Assembly: GCA_903889135.1 (NCBI GenBank)
Contig: CAISWF010000170.1
Location: 1,638-65,637 of the forward strand
Source of the DNA: Candidatus Omnitrophota bacterium
GTDB lineage: Bacteria; Omnitrophota; Gorgyraeia; Pluralincolimonadales; Pluralincolimonadaceae
Reading direction: 5' to 3'
Length of the DNA: 64,000 bases
Shown: positions 39,514 through 49,818 of the stretch, one piece after another
How positions within the stretch are numbered: the first letter of the stretch is position 1
Layout of the letters: the number at the start of each line of letters is the position of its first letter
The notes under the pieces: generated by a model
The model's database searches: none
What the model was told of the DNA's origin: nothing
The model's input: only the letters and a program-made list of their open reading frames with translations
Program-made: the position numbers and the translations under genes

Positions 39514-41298
39514 TTGAGACACAGACCGAGGCCGGCGTTAGTCATCCTGGGATTGACGGCGCTGGTCGTGCTCATATTTATAGACCTGCAAGGCAACTAT
39601 TTTTTCAGGGAATTCAGGGCAAAGTCCCTCGCCATGATGAGGGAGAAGATAGGGCTTGACGGAGAGATAGGCAGCGTCGAGGGAGGCGTATTCAGGGGCA
39701 TCATCCTCAAAGACGTCAAACTTTACGGCGCGGTCCACTCCCAGGCCAAGAAGGTCTTCTTCTCTGCGGCGGCCATCGACCTCAATTACCGGTTATGGGA
39801 CATAGCCCTCGGCAGGTATGGCAAGCTCGATAAGATAACTTTCGTATCGCCGAAGATATATTTCTTCGGGGCGGAGAATAAACTGCCCAAGGTACCTAAG
39901 GTCTTCGAGCCGGCATGGAAAGAGATAGCCGTATCGATAAGGGACGGTTCTTTTTATAACTCCCAGGGTGAATCGGTCATATCGGAAGTGAACGGCAATT
40001 TCAAGCTGAGCGAACGCGGCATAGAATCGCAGAACGTGAGCGCCAATATCCTGGGGCAGAGGTTTACGGGAAGGGGCAACGTCGGTTTCCCGATAGACCG
40101 GTCGGCTGTAAAAATGGAAGGCTCGATAAAGGGCCAGGGCTATACGCTGAAAGCCCAACTCGACGGCGTCCTCGACAGGATATTAGTACGCGGCTCTTTT
40201 GATATATTAAATAAACTGAACCTGAATTTTGCGGGCAGCATAGCCAAGTCCGAAGGGGCCCTTGCCTTCAATGATTTCAGGTTCGGACCGAAAACGATAG
40301 TAAGCGGCGTCCTCCAGACGGCAGGAAAGGGTTTCTGCATGAACCTGTATCCGGCGGACGTGAGCGGGAACGCCACCGCATTGGGGGAGGTGAGCAGGTT
40401 CTGCATCACGGGGGACTTCGCGAAACTTCCTTATTTCACCTTGACCGTGAACACCAATCATATCAAGGCGATGGGCTTGGACCTCCTTTCGAATTATTAC
40501 ATGAGCGGCAAGCTTAATTATGACGCGAATAATAAGATTGAGTCAGTGACCGGCGATTTCAGCACTTCAGGTTCGGTGATAAACTACGATCCGGTAAGGG
40601 AAATAAAGGGCGCGTACGAATTCAAGAACAGTGTGATAAAGCTGAGCGGCGTAAATTATGGCGATGTCGTTTACGCGAACGGCTCCGTCGGCATAGGAGA
40701 CAAGAGCGATCTCGACCTCCACTTTAAATTCAAAGGGGCCCAGCTCGGGGGCCTCACCGACCTCGCGATGGAGAAGGGGACGGTATCCGGGCTCGTGTTC
40801 GGTGATATGAATATCCGCGGCGGCATCGGTAAGGAGTTAAGCATGGACGGCCAGCTCGAGTTCAAGGATGGCAACATAGGCACAGTGCGATACAACTCCG
40901 CAAAGATAACATTGAGGGGCAAGAGTTATGCTCTTGAATTTATAGATTCAAAAGTCTATACTGGTGATCAGGTCCTTATGATCGAAGGTAAGATCGATCT
41001 GAGGGATATCGGGACGCAGCGGCTCTTTCGCAGCGTCCTGATAAAGGCGGACCAGAACACGGTCGTGTGGGCGGGTGCGAATACGATGAAAGCGGCGGCC
41101 GGGGAATCCCTGACAGGGGGGAGCGCGAGCGAACAATTCAAGGTCAACCTGAAGACTTACGAGTCCCAGCAGGGCAACCAGCTGCCGCGGCAGGATACGG
41201 CCGATGCGGAATATAAACTTGCGAACCAGGCAAATACTAAATTGAAGATGAAAGAGAACGAGGATTTCTTCGGGGTAGAGCACAAGGTGAGGTTCTGA
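39514..41298 (+). CDS. Hypothetical membrane-anchored protein, possibly AsmA/TamB-like (beta-rich periplasmic domain)
   Basis: A TTG start 9 nt after a GGAGG RBS. The N-terminal TM (ALVILGLTALVVLIFI) is followed by a long region rich in Gly, Ser, Asn and beta-strand residues with repeated GxxxG / KLSG / SGxV patterns. It lies directly upstream of mlaE. Confidence 0.35.
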   Translation: MRHRPRPALVILGLTALVVLIFIDLQGNYFFREFRAKSLAMMREKIGLDGEIGSVEGGVFRGIILKDVKLYGAVHSQAKKVFFSAAAIDLNYRLWDIALGRYGKLDKITFVSPKIYFFGAENKLPKVPKVFEPAWKEIAVSIRDGSFYNSQGESVISEVNGNFKLSERGIESQNVSANILGQRFTGRGNVGFPIDRSAVKMEGSIKGQGYTLKAQLDGVLDRILVRGSFDILNKLNLNFAGSIAKSEGALAFNDFRFGPKTIVSGVLQTAGKGFCMNLYPADVSGNATALGEVSRFCITGDFAKLPYFTLTVNTNHIKAMGLDLLSNYYMSGKLNYDANNKIESVTGDFSTSGSVINYDPVREIKGAYEFKNSVIKLSGVNYGDVVYANGSVGIGDKSDLDLHFKFKGAQLGGLTDLAMEKGTVSGLVFGDMNIRGGIGKELSMDGQLEFKDGNIGTVRYNSAKITLRGKSYALEFIDSKVYTGDQVLMIEGKIDLRDIGTQRLFRSVLIKADQNTVVWAGANTMKAAAGESLTGGSASEQFKVNLKTYESQQGNQLPRQDTADAEYKLANQANTKLKMKENEDFFGVEHKVRF

Positions 41299-41302
41299 CG
41301 AT

Positions 41303-42088
41303 ATGAGCGCTTGGATAAGGATGCTGGGTGAAAGGTTCCTGAATTTTGTCCGTTATGCCGGCGGAGTATCCGTCCTCTTCGCGCGGACGATATTCTGGGT
41401 ATTCGTGCCGCCTCTCAAGGGCAGGCAGGTCCTTGACCAGATGGTCAGGATCGGCGTCGACAGCCTGCCGATAGTATTTCTTACCAGCCTCTTTACCGGC
41501 ATGGTCCTCGCCCTGCAGAGCGCTTACCAGATGCAGAAGATGGAGGCGAAGCTCTATATAGCGAGCCTCGTCGCGCTCTCTATCACGAGGGAATTAGGGC
41601 CTGTGCTGACCGCGCTTGTGGTCGCGGGTCGCGTCGGCGCCTCAATAGCCGCCGAACTCGGTACGATGAAGGTGACCGAGCAGATAGACGCGCTCGAGAC
41701 CCTGGCGACGAACCCGATAAAATATCTCGTGGTGCCCAGGTTCATCGCGCTGTTTTTCATGCTGCCGCTGTTGACGATATACGCCGACATCGTCGGAATA
41801 TTCGGCGGGTACATGATCGGCGTCTGGAGGCTGAATATACTCAGCAACCTTTATTGGGACATGACCTGGAGCCCGCTTCACATCAAAGATATAGTCACCG
41901 GCATCATCAAGGCCTTCGCTTTCGGCGTCATAATATGCATAGTGGCCTGCTACGAGGGTATGAGGGTCGAAGGGGGCGCCGAGGGAGTCGGCGCGGCGAC
42001 GACGAAGGCGGTCGTCATCGCGTTCATACTCATAATCGCGGCCGACTGCCTCTTTACCGCGTTGTTCTATTTTGGGTTTTCATTTTAA
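41303..42088 (+). CDS. mlaE: ABC transporter permease MlaE
   Basis: GPVLTALVVAGRVGASIAAELGTMKVTEQIDALETLATNPIKYLVVPRFIA is canonical for the MlaE/YrbE/TGD1 family. Confidence 0.85.
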   Translation: MSAWIRMLGERFLNFVRYAGGVSVLFARTIFWVFVPPLKGRQVLDQMVRIGVDSLPIVFLTSLFTGMVLALQSAYQMQKMEAKLYIASLVALSITRELGPVLTALVVAGRVGASIAAELGTMKVTEQIDALETLATNPIKYLVVPRFIALFFMLPLLTIYADIVGIFGGYMIGVWRLNILSNLYWDMTWSPLHIKDIVTGIIKAFAFGVIICIVACYEGMRVEGGAEGVGAATTKAVVIAFILIIAADCLFTALFYFGFSF

Positions 42089-42159
42089 ATGATGGCTTGG
42101 GTCATGGAGCGAAGAGAGATGATCCAATGCCAGGATTTAATCCCCGAGGGGATTAACAT

Positions 42160-42909
42160 ATGATAGAACTGATCAATGTAAGCAAAGCGTTCGAGGACCA
42201 TGTGGTCCTCGATAACATGAACCTCACGATACAGGACGGCGAGACGATCGTCATTATAGGCCGTTCCGGCATCGGCAAGAGCGTCACGCTCAAGCATATA
42301 ATCGGCTTGATGAAGCCCGATTCCGGGCAGGTCATCGTCGACGGGCTGGACATAACCAGGCTCGACGCGAAAGGCCTTAACCAGCTGAGGACGAAATTCG
42401 GGATGCTCTTTCAGGGGGCGGCGCTTTTCGATTCGCTCAACGTGCGCGATAACGTGGCGTTCAATCTTATAGAGCATAGCAAGATGGACGATAAGGCCAT
42501 AGACAAGAGAGTGGCCGAGTGCCTGGAGCTCGTCGGCTTGCGCGGTATTGAACTCTTGAGCCCGGCAGAACTCTCCGGCGGCATGAGGAAGCGCGTAGGC
42601 CTTGCCCGCGCTATATGCATGAACCCGAAGATAATCCTTTATGATGAGCCGACGACAGGCGTTGACCCGATAATGGCCGACGCGGTAAACGACCTCATCA
42701 AGGACCTGCAGGCGAAACTGAAGACCACGGCTGTAGCCGTCACGCACGACATGACCTCCGCCTATAAGATAGCGGACAGGATCGCGATGCTCTATAAGGG
42801 AAAGATCGTAGAGATCGGCACTCCGGACGAGATAAAGAACACCAAGAGCCCTATCGTAAGACAGTTCATAACGGGCGCGGCTATTGGGCCGATAACAGAG
42901 GACTCATGA
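42160..42909 (+). CDS. mlaF: ABC transporter ATP-binding protein MlaF
   Basis: Walker A is GRSGIGKSV, the signature is LSGGMRKRVGLARAI, and Walker B is ILYDEPTTGVDP. Confidence 0.85.
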   Translation: MIELINVSKAFEDHVVLDNMNLTIQDGETIVIIGRSGIGKSVTLKHIIGLMKPDSGQVIVDGLDITRLDAKGLNQLRTKFGMLFQGAALFDSLNVRDNVAFNLIEHSKMDDKAIDKRVAECLELVGLRGIELLSPAELSGGMRKRVGLARAICMNPKIILYDEPTTGVDPIMADAVNDLIKDLQAKLKTTAVAVTHDMTSAYKIADRIAMLYKGKIVEIGTPDEIKNTKSPIVRQFITGAAIGPITEDS

Positions 42910-42934
42910 TGATAATTTTTCCTAGGAGGCTCAA

Positions 42935-43645
42935 ATGAAGAGGATGGATCTGGAGTTCAAGGTCGGTATTTTCGTGGCGATAGGCATCGCCATCCTGATG
43001 TCCATGGTCTTTTCGCTGAAGGAGCTTAAACACGCCCAGCAGAACTATACGGTCAGGGTGCGTTTTGATTTTGCCAACGGCATCGAGGTCGCCGCTCCGG
43101 TAAGGGTGGCCGGCGTCCAAGTCGGCGAGGTGAAGAATATCGCGATCGCGGAGAATAAGGAAGCCAACAAGATGGCCGTCGACCTGTATATCGGGCTCGA
43201 CAAGAAGATAAAGATTGAGAAGGACTCCGAAGCGTTCATAAACACTCTCGGCCTTATCGGGGAGAAGTACGTTGAGATCCTTCCCGGCGCCCCGGGAGGC
43301 GAGGTGTTGAAACCGGGTGACGTGCTGGTGGGCAGGGAGTCGGTGCCGATAGAGAAACTGACCGAGAAGGGCTACGAAATAGCGAGCGGCCTGGGCGATA
43401 CGATAAAACATTTTAATAAACTTGTCGGCGACCCGGAGACACAGGCCGCGTTCAAGGCGACGATGCTAGACCTCAGGAAATTCATGGCGTCGGCGAACAC
43501 AGTCATGGACAAGGTCAAGGGAGGGGAAGGGACCGTCGGGAAGCTTTTTATGGACCAGGGCCTGTATGACGAGTTGGAGGCCTTCGTGAAGGATCTTAAG
43601 GCTCACCCCTGGAAACTGCTTTCGAAGCCGAGGGGAGAGAAGTAG
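42935..43645 (+). CDS. mlaD: MCE-domain protein MlaD
   Basis: An N-terminal TM is followed by an MCE domain (TVRVRFDFANGIEVAAPVRVAGVQVGEV). Confidence 0.8.
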   Translation: MKRMDLEFKVGIFVAIGIAILMSMVFSLKELKHAQQNYTVRVRFDFANGIEVAAPVRVAGVQVGEVKNIAIAENKEANKMAVDLYIGLDKKIKIEKDSEAFINTLGLIGEKYVEILPGAPGGEVLKPGDVLVGRESVPIEKLTEKGYEIASGLGDTIKHFNKLVGDPETQAAFKATMLDLRKFMASANTVMDKVKGGEGTVGKLFMDQGLYDELEAFVKDLKAHPWKLLSKPRGEK

Positions 43646-43678
43646 TAAAATAATAAAGGAAAGGAGGTGAGATAGAAA

Positions 43679-44671
43679 ATGCCATTTACGATCGTGCGCG
43701 CTTTTTTTGTACTTCTTTGCGGCCTGATGGGTTTCGGGATGGGGGATCTCTTCAAGACCCTGTTCGGAGATTTCGCCCCATATATCGGGATAGGCCTGGG
43801 CGTATTGCTCGGCGTTTTTATAATAGTGCTCGAATTGACATCTAAGAGGGTCTCGGTAAAAGGCCTTTCGGCCGCGGTATTCGGGATAGTATTCGGTATA
43901 TTGTTCGCGCGGCTTATAATAGAGGTATTCAAGCTGATGCATATGCCGGAGGACGTCAACGGCGTCCTCATAGTCATTTTCGCCTATCTAGGCATGGTCA
44001 TGGCGTTAAGGGGCAAGGATGAGTTCAATATAATAATCCCTTACGTCAAATTGAGGAGGGAAGACCAGCGCGAGGAGATCATAGTCCTCGATACATCCGT
44101 AATCATAGACGGCAGGATCGCCGACATATGCCATACGAAGTTCATAGAAGGTAAATTAGTCATCCCGAGGTTCGTTCTTAAGGAACTGCAGCAGATAGCC
44201 GATTCGGCGGACCCGATCAAGAGGAACCGCGGCAGGCGCGGCCTCGATATGCTCAACAAGATACGCAAGTCCGGACATATGGAAGTCAAGATCCATGAGG
44301 AGGACCTTCCGGAGATCCGCGATGTCGACGCGAAACTCATTAAACTCGCGAAGATGCTCAACGCCAAGGTATTTACCAACGACTATAACCTTAACAAGAT
44401 AGCAGAGCTTCAGGGCGTGTCGGTACTCAATATAAATGAGCTGGCCAACGCGCTGAAGCCCGTGGTCATACCGGGCGAATTGATGGAAGCGAAGATAGTG
44501 AAGGAAGGCAAGGAGTATAACCAGGCGGTCGCATATCTCGATGACGGTACGATGGTGGTCATCGATAACGCCAGGCAGCTGATAGGGCAGACGGTAAAGG
44601 TCATAGTCACGTCGGTCCTTCAGACGGCGGCGGGAAGGATGATATTCGCGAAAATGGAATCACAGCGATAG
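43679..44671 (+). CDS. yacL: PIN/TRAM-domain membrane protein (YacL-like)
   Basis: Three or four N-terminal TM helices are followed by a PIN domain ([17 protein letters not shown]...[11 protein letters not shown]) and a C-terminal TRAM ([24 protein letters not shown]). It lies upstream of ispD-ispF, as in Bacillus. Confidence 0.75.
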   Translation: MPFTIVRAFFVLLCGLMGFGMGDLFKTLFGDFAPYIGIGLGVLLGVFIIVLELTSKRVSVKGLSAAVFGIVFGILFARLIIEVFKLMHMPEDVNGVLIVIFAYLGMVMALRGKDEFNIIIPYVKLRREDQREEIIVLDTSVIIDGRIADICHTKFIEGKLVIPRFVLKELQQIADSADPIKRNRGRRGLDMLNKIRKSGHMEVKIHEEDLPEIRDVDAKLIKLAKMLNAKVFTNDYNLNKIAELQGVSVLNINELANALKPVVIPGELMEAKIVKEGKEYNQAVAYLDDGTMVVIDNARQLIGQTVKVIVTSVLQTAAGRMIFAKMESQR

Positions 44672-44681
44672 GAGGCCGAAA

Positions 44682-45374
44682 ATGAAAGTAGCTGCGATAG
44701 TGGCAGCGGCGGGAAAAGGCGAACGGCTCAAGTCAAAGGTCCAGACGCCTTTTGTGGCGCTCGGGAAGGACCCGATATTACTGCATGCGTTGAGGGTCCT
44801 CGATAATTCCAACCTGGTCGGCGAGATAATCGTCGTTGCCCATCAGGCTGACCTCCCGAAGGCGCGGCTGCTTCTCAAAAAGGCCAAACTTAAGAAATTC
44901 AAGGAACTCGTCGCGGGCGGGAAGCGCCGTATGGATTCCGTCAAGAACGGGCTTTCCGCCGTCAGCGAGGACGTCGATTATGTAATAATACATGACGGCT
45001 GCAGGCCGTTCATAGACAATAAGATGATATCTTCTGCGCTCGGCGCGGCCGAGATCTTCGGCGCGGCTATCACCGGTATGCCGGTAAAGCCGACCATAAA
45101 AGAGGTGGAGAAGGGGAATTTTGTCGCGGCGACGCTCAAGAGGGAAACGCTGGTTGATGTCCAGACGCCGCAGGCCTTCAGGAAGGACCTCCTTTTGAGG
45201 GCTTACGATAAGGCCTTATCCGAAGGCGCCGAAACCGCGGACGCGACCGACGATTCGGCGCTGGTCGAGAGGATGGGCATAAAAGTGAAGGTCGTGGACG
45301 GCTCATACAGGAACATAAAGATAACGACACAGGAAGACTTAAGATACGCCAAGATGCTCATGGGTGAAAAATGA
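44682..45374 (+). CDS. ispD: 2-C-methyl-D-erythritol 4-phosphate cytidylyltransferase
   Basis: IVAAAGKGERL and IIHDGCRPF are present, and the length is 230 aa. Confidence 0.85.
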   Translation: MKVAAIVAAAGKGERLKSKVQTPFVALGKDPILLHALRVLDNSNLVGEIIVVAHQADLPKARLLLKKAKLKKFKELVAGGKRRMDSVKNGLSAVSEDVDYVIIHDGCRPFIDNKMISSALGAAEIFGAAITGMPVKPTIKEVEKGNFVAATLKRETLVDVQTPQAFRKDLLLRAYDKALSEGAETADATDDSALVERMGIKVKVVDGSYRNIKITTQEDLRYAKMLMGEK

Positions 45375-45847
45375 GAATAGGGCTCGGTTACGATATCCAC
45401 AGGCTTGTCGAAGGGCGCAAGCTCTTCCTCGGCGGCGTTGAGATCCCTTACATAAAAGGCCTGGAAGGCTATTCCGACGCCGACGTCCTTTTGCACGCGA
45501 TATGCGACGCGATATTGGGCGCCATGGGCAAGGACGATATCGGGATACATTTCCCGAATGACGACCCGAAGTTCAAAGGCATCAGCAGTCTCGAATTGCT
45601 GCACAAGGTCGCGGTGCTGGCGGAGGCGTCAGGTTTTAAGATAATAAACGTCGATTCGACGCTCATCCTGGAAGAGCCGAAGATCCTGCCTTTCAAGGCG
45701 AGGATGAAGAAGACGCTCGCCTCGGTGTTGGGGATAGATGAGGACCGGCTAAACATAAAGGCCACCACGCAGGAAGGCGTGGGCGCGATCGGCCGCGGGG
45801 AGGCGATAGCCGCTTACGCGGTAGCTTCTGTTGAGGAGATAAAATAG
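45371..45847 (+). CDS. ispF: 2-C-methyl-D-erythritol 2,4-cyclodiphosphate synthase
   Basis: MRIGLGYDIHRL and GYSDADVLLHAICDAILGA are canonical IspF motifs. The ATGA start overlaps the ispD stop. Confidence 0.9.
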   Translation: MRIGLGYDIHRLVEGRKLFLGGVEIPYIKGLEGYSDADVLLHAICDAILGAMGKDDIGIHFPNDDPKFKGISSLELLHKVAVLAEASGFKIINVDSTLILEEPKILPFKARMKKTLASVLGIDEDRLNIKATTQEGVGAIGRGEAIAAYAVASVEEIK

Positions 45848-46558
45848 ATGGAAGTATTGTTGATAGTGATACTGGCGGTCATCGCGGCTGCGGTGATCAA
45901 GTTTTGGCTCATTTCGATAATATTCAGGCAGGAGATCAAGGCGGTCTTCGAGCGGGACCCGGCCGCGAAGAGCGCATTTGAGGTGATACTGCTTTATTCC
46001 GGCCTGCACGCCATCATATATTACAGGATGTCGCACGCGATTTATAGCGCGGGCATACCCCTGCTCCCGAGGATGATATCGCAATACGCGAGGTTCATGA
46101 CCGGCATAGAGATACATCCGGGCGCGACCATCGGCAAGGGCCTTTTTATAGACCATGGGATGGGGGTTGTTATCGGGGAGACGACGGTGATAGGCGATAA
46201 CGTCACCCTTTACCAGGGCGTGACCCTCGGCGGCACCGGCAAGGAGAAAGGCAAGCGCCATCCTACGCTGGGCAATAATGTCGTAGTAGGCACAGGCGCG
46301 AAGGTGCTTGGAAATATAAAGATAGGCAACGATGTCCTGATAGGCGCCAATGCCGTCGTCATCAGGGACGTGCCGGCTGATTCGACGGTCGTGGGCGTCC
46401 CCGGAAGGATCGTAAAACAGGAAGGTAAGATAGTGCACGGCATAAGGCTCGACCATACGAATATGCCTGACCCGCTTGTGCAGGCCTTGCAGCACCTGCA
46501 GGACGAGATAGACAAGATAAACGCACATATAAAGAAGCACCACCAGGACCCTGAATAG
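45848..46558 (+). CDS. cysE: Serine O-acetyltransferase (short form)
   Basis: [42 protein letters not shown] and hexapeptide repeats match Bacillus-type CysE. The true start is uncertain; ATG 45848 would add a hydrophobic 20-aa leader, and an in-frame GTG giving [16 protein letters not shown] is an alternative. Confidence 0.8.
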   Translation: MEVLLIVILAVIAAAVIKFWLISIIFRQEIKAVFERDPAAKSAFEVILLYSGLHAIIYYRMSHAIYSAGIPLLPRMISQYARFMTGIEIHPGATIGKGLFIDHGMGVVIGETTVIGDNVTLYQGVTLGGTGKEKGKRHPTLGNNVVVGTGAKVLGNIKIGNDVLIGANAVVIRDVPADSTVVGVPGRIVKQEGKIVHGIRLDHTNMPDPLVQALQHLQDEIDKINAHIKKHHQDPE

Positions 46559-46563
46559 ATTTC

Positions 46564-47997
46564 ATGCCCATCCTCATACATAACACCCTGACACGCAAAC
46601 TCGAAGAGTTCAGGCCCATCAGGGCCGGCGAGGCTCGCATGTACGTCTGCGGCGTCACCGTCTACGATGAATGCCACCTCGGCCACGCCAGGAGCGCATT
46701 CATATTCGATTTCATCAGGAATTACCTCGGGTACCGCGGATATAAGGTGACATTCATAAAAAATATCACGGATGTCGACGACAAGATCATAAACAGGGCG
46801 CGCACCGAGATCGCGGATAAAAAATCGCAGCTTTTCGGTAAAGACCTCAACTGCGCGGTAAAAGAGGTCGCCCATCGCTATACGGAGAGTTTTTACGGGG
46901 ACATGGGGTCCCTCGGCATCGCGAAAGCCGATAAGGAACCTAAGGCGACCGAGCACATAAAAGATATAATTAAAATGATAACCGCCCTTATCGATAAGGG
47001 CTGCGCGTATGCCTCGGGAGGGGACGTTTATTTCGACGTGAGGAAATTCGACGGTTACGGAAAGCTCTCGAACCAGGACAAGGACCAGATGCTGGAAGGG
47101 ACCCGGGCTGATACATCCGAAAAGAAAAGAGACGCCCTCGATTTCGCATTGTGGAAGTCGGCGAAGGCGAACGAGCCGGAATGGGATTCCCCGTGGGGCA
47201 AGGGCAGGCCGGGCTGGCACATAGAATGCTCGGCGATGTCTACCAGATACCTGGGCGACAATTTCGATATCCACGGCGGCGGCCGCGACCTCATCTTCCC
47301 GCACCATGAGAATGAGGTTGCGCAGTCGGAATGCGCGACAGGCAAGCCATTCGCCAATTACTGGATACATAACGGACTTTTGACGATAAACGGCGAGAAG
47401 ATGTCGAAGTCGCTCGGAAATTACGTTTCGATAAAGGACGTGCTCGCGCGTTACCCCTCGGACGTCCTGAAGATATTCTTCCTCGGGGCTCATTATTCTC
47501 ACCCGATAGATTTCACGTGGGAGAAGATGGATGTTGCGAAGAGCGCCTATGAAAGATTTCTCGTCTTGTTCGACAAGGCGGAAAGGCGCTTAGCCGGAAA
47601 GAAGGCGGCCGCGGCGAAAAGCCACAAAGAGATAGACGGATTTAGGGCCGCGTTCGAGGCCGGCATGGATGATAATTTCAATACGCCGGCGGCGCTTGGC
47701 GCGCTCTTCGATCTGGTCAATGCCGGCAACAAAATACTTGATAGAAATGAAGACGCTTCTGTGATAAAATATCTTGAATCCACCCTTCGGGAGCTGGGCG
47801 GTATCCTCGGCCTCAGCTTTAAGAACGCGTCAAACGGCATGTCGGATAACGAGATACAAGAATTGGTCGACGCCCGCATCGACGCGAAAAAAAAGAAAGA
47901 TTTCAAGGAATCCGACAGGATAAGGGAAGAGTTGGGCCGGAAAGGCATCATCCTGGAAGACGATAAAGAGAAGACTTACTGGAGGCGCAAGATATAA
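46564..47997 (+). CDS. cysS: Cysteinyl-tRNA synthetase
   Basis: The HIGH-type motif CHLGHARS, the Zn-binding Cys residues and KMSKSLGN are present. Confidence 0.95.
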   Translation: MPILIHNTLTRKLEEFRPIRAGEARMYVCGVTVYDECHLGHARSAFIFDFIRNYLGYRGYKVTFIKNITDVDDKIINRARTEIADKKSQLFGKDLNCAVKEVAHRYTESFYGDMGSLGIAKADKEPKATEHIKDIIKMITALIDKGCAYASGGDVYFDVRKFDGYGKLSNQDKDQMLEGTRADTSEKKRDALDFALWKSAKANEPEWDSPWGKGRPGWHIECSAMSTRYLGDNFDIHGGGRDLIFPHHENEVAQSECATGKPFANYWIHNGLLTINGEKMSKSLGNYVSIKDVLARYPSDVLKIFFLGAHYSHPIDFTWEKMDVAKSAYERFLVLFDKAERRLAGKKAAAAKSHKEIDGFRAAFEAGMDDNFNTPAALGALFDLVNAGNKILDRNEDASVIKYLESTLRELGGILGLSFKNASNGMSDNEIQELVDARIDAKKKKDFKESDRIREELGRKGIILEDDKEKTYWRRKI

Positions 47998-48930
47998 ATG
48001 GCACTTAAGGCGCGCACAAAAGAGACGCTTGCGGCGTATCTATTCCTCTCACCGAATCTGATCGGGTTCATGATATTTACTTTCCTGCCGGTTTTCGCGT
48101 CCCTGCTCTTGAGTTTCTACAAATGGGATATAACAACGACGCCTAAGTTCGTCGGCGTGCATAATTTCATCGACCTGCTCGGCTTCCATTCCGAGGGCGG
48201 CAGGCTTATCGTAAACGACCCCAAATTCTGGCAATATCTCTGGAACACCGCATTCATGATGTTCTCGATCCCGATATGCATGATGGCATCTTTGGGGCTG
48301 GCGATCGCGCTCAACCGCAAGGTAAAAGGCGAGTCAGTCTTCAGGACGCTCTTCTTCCTGCCTTCGATATGCCCGGGCGTGGCCGTAGCCATACTCTGGC
48401 TGTGGATATTCAATCCCGATTACGGGATGCTCAATAACATAATCTACTGGATAGGCAAGTTCCTCGGCTTCAATATACCCGGCCCGTTATGGCTTAATTC
48501 TCTGGGTTGGGCGAAGCCTTCTTTGATGCTCATGAATTTCTGGATCTCGATAGGCGGAATGAATATGATCCTTTATCTCGCCGCCTTACAGGGGATACCG
48601 AGAGATTTCTACGAGGCGGCCGAGATAGACGGCGCGAACGGCTGGCAGAAGTTCTGGGCGATAACCTGGCCCCAGATAAGCCCGACTACGTTCTTTATAT
48701 TTTTAATGAGCATAATCGGAGGGTTCCAGGGTGGTTTCATGCAGGCGTATATAATGACCGGCGGCGGCCCGGGCGGGGCGACGACCACTATAGAATATTA
48801 CATATTCAATAACCTTTATACCTGGCAGAACGTCGGTTATGCCTCGGCGATCGCATGGTCACTGTTCGTTGTGATATTCCTCTTTTCGCTCGTTAATTGG
48901 AGATACGGCGGTAAACTTATCCATTATTAG
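47998..48930 (+). CDS. Carbohydrate ABC transporter permease (MalF/UgpA-like)
   Basis: It has 6 TM helices and the EAA loop region (YEAAEIDGANGWQKFWAITWP). Confidence 0.8.
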   Translation: MALKARTKETLAAYLFLSPNLIGFMIFTFLPVFASLLLSFYKWDITTTPKFVGVHNFIDLLGFHSEGGRLIVNDPKFWQYLWNTAFMMFSIPICMMASLGLAIALNRKVKGESVFRTLFFLPSICPGVAVAILWLWIFNPDYGMLNNIIYWIGKFLGFNIPGPLWLNSLGWAKPSLMLMNFWISIGGMNMILYLAALQGIPRDFYEAAEIDGANGWQKFWAITWPQISPTTFFIFLMSIIGGFQGGFMQAYIMTGGGPGGATTTIEYYIFNNLYTWQNVGYASAIAWSLFVVIFLFSLVNWRYGGKLIHY

Positions 48931-48942
48931 GGGACGGATAAT

Positions 48943-49815
48943 ATGGCAGAAAAAAAGATAAGACATAAAAACGCGCTAGGTTCTAAGGAGAAAAGGCTGC
49001 AACTTTTTGCCTATGCGGTACTGGTCATCGGCGCCGTTTCGATGATACTGCCTTTCCTCTGGATGGCGACGACTTCGCTTAAGACGTTGGACGCGATATT
49101 CATCCAGCCCAAGAACTGGATACAGATGTTCGTTCCCACGATGTTCAAATGGGAGAACTACGCCGAGGCTTTTAAGGTGGTGCCGTTCGCGAAGTTCTAC
49201 CTGAACTCCATAATGGTCGGCCTCGCCGTAACGGCCGGGACGGTTTTCACGAGCGCCATGGCGGCCTACGCGTTCTCGCGCCTTACTTTCCCGGGCAGGG
49301 ACAAGCTATTCTTCGCGTACCTGGCGACGACAATGATCCCGGGAACGGTCACCATCATCCCCGTCTACGTCTTGATGAGGCTTTTCGGTTGGGTCGATAC
49401 GTATAAGGCGTTGATCATCCCGATGATATTTTCCGCTTGGGGGACGTTCATGCTCAGGCAGTTCTTTATGACATTACCGAAGGAACTCGAGGACGCGGCT
49501 AAGATAGACGGATGCGGTTTCTTCCGTATATTCTGGACGATAATATTGCCCCTCTCGAAACCGGCCCTTGCGACGTTGACCGTATTTACATTTATGGGTA
49601 ACTGGTCGAGTTTCATGTGGCCCCTGCTGGTCACCAACAGCGAGACCATGAGGACGCTGCCGATAGGCCTGGAATCGTTCAAGACGCAATACTCGACCGA
49701 CTGGCATCTCCTGATGGCGGGTTCGGTCATGGCTATGCTGCCCATCGTCATAATATTCATCTTTACCCAGCGTTTCTTCGTAGAATCTCTCAAGCTCACC
49801 GGCGTAAAAGGATAG
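48943..49815 (+). CDS. Carbohydrate ABC transporter permease (MalG/UgpE-like)
   Basis: It has 6 TM helices and the EAA loop (EDAAKIDGCGFFRIFWTIILP). Confidence 0.8.
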   Translation: MAEKKIRHKNALGSKEKRLQLFAYAVLVIGAVSMILPFLWMATTSLKTLDAIFIQPKNWIQMFVPTMFKWENYAEAFKVVPFAKFYLNSIMVGLAVTAGTVFTSAMAAYAFSRLTFPGRDKLFFAYLATTMIPGTVTIIPVYVLMRLFGWVDTYKALIIPMIFSAWGTFMLRQFFMTLPKELEDAAKIDGCGFFRIFWTIILPLSKPALATLTVFTFMGNWSSFMWPLLVTNSETMRTLPIGLESFKTQYSTDWHLLMAGSVMAMLPIVIIFIFTQRFFVESLKLTGVKG

Positions 49816-49818
49816 CAT

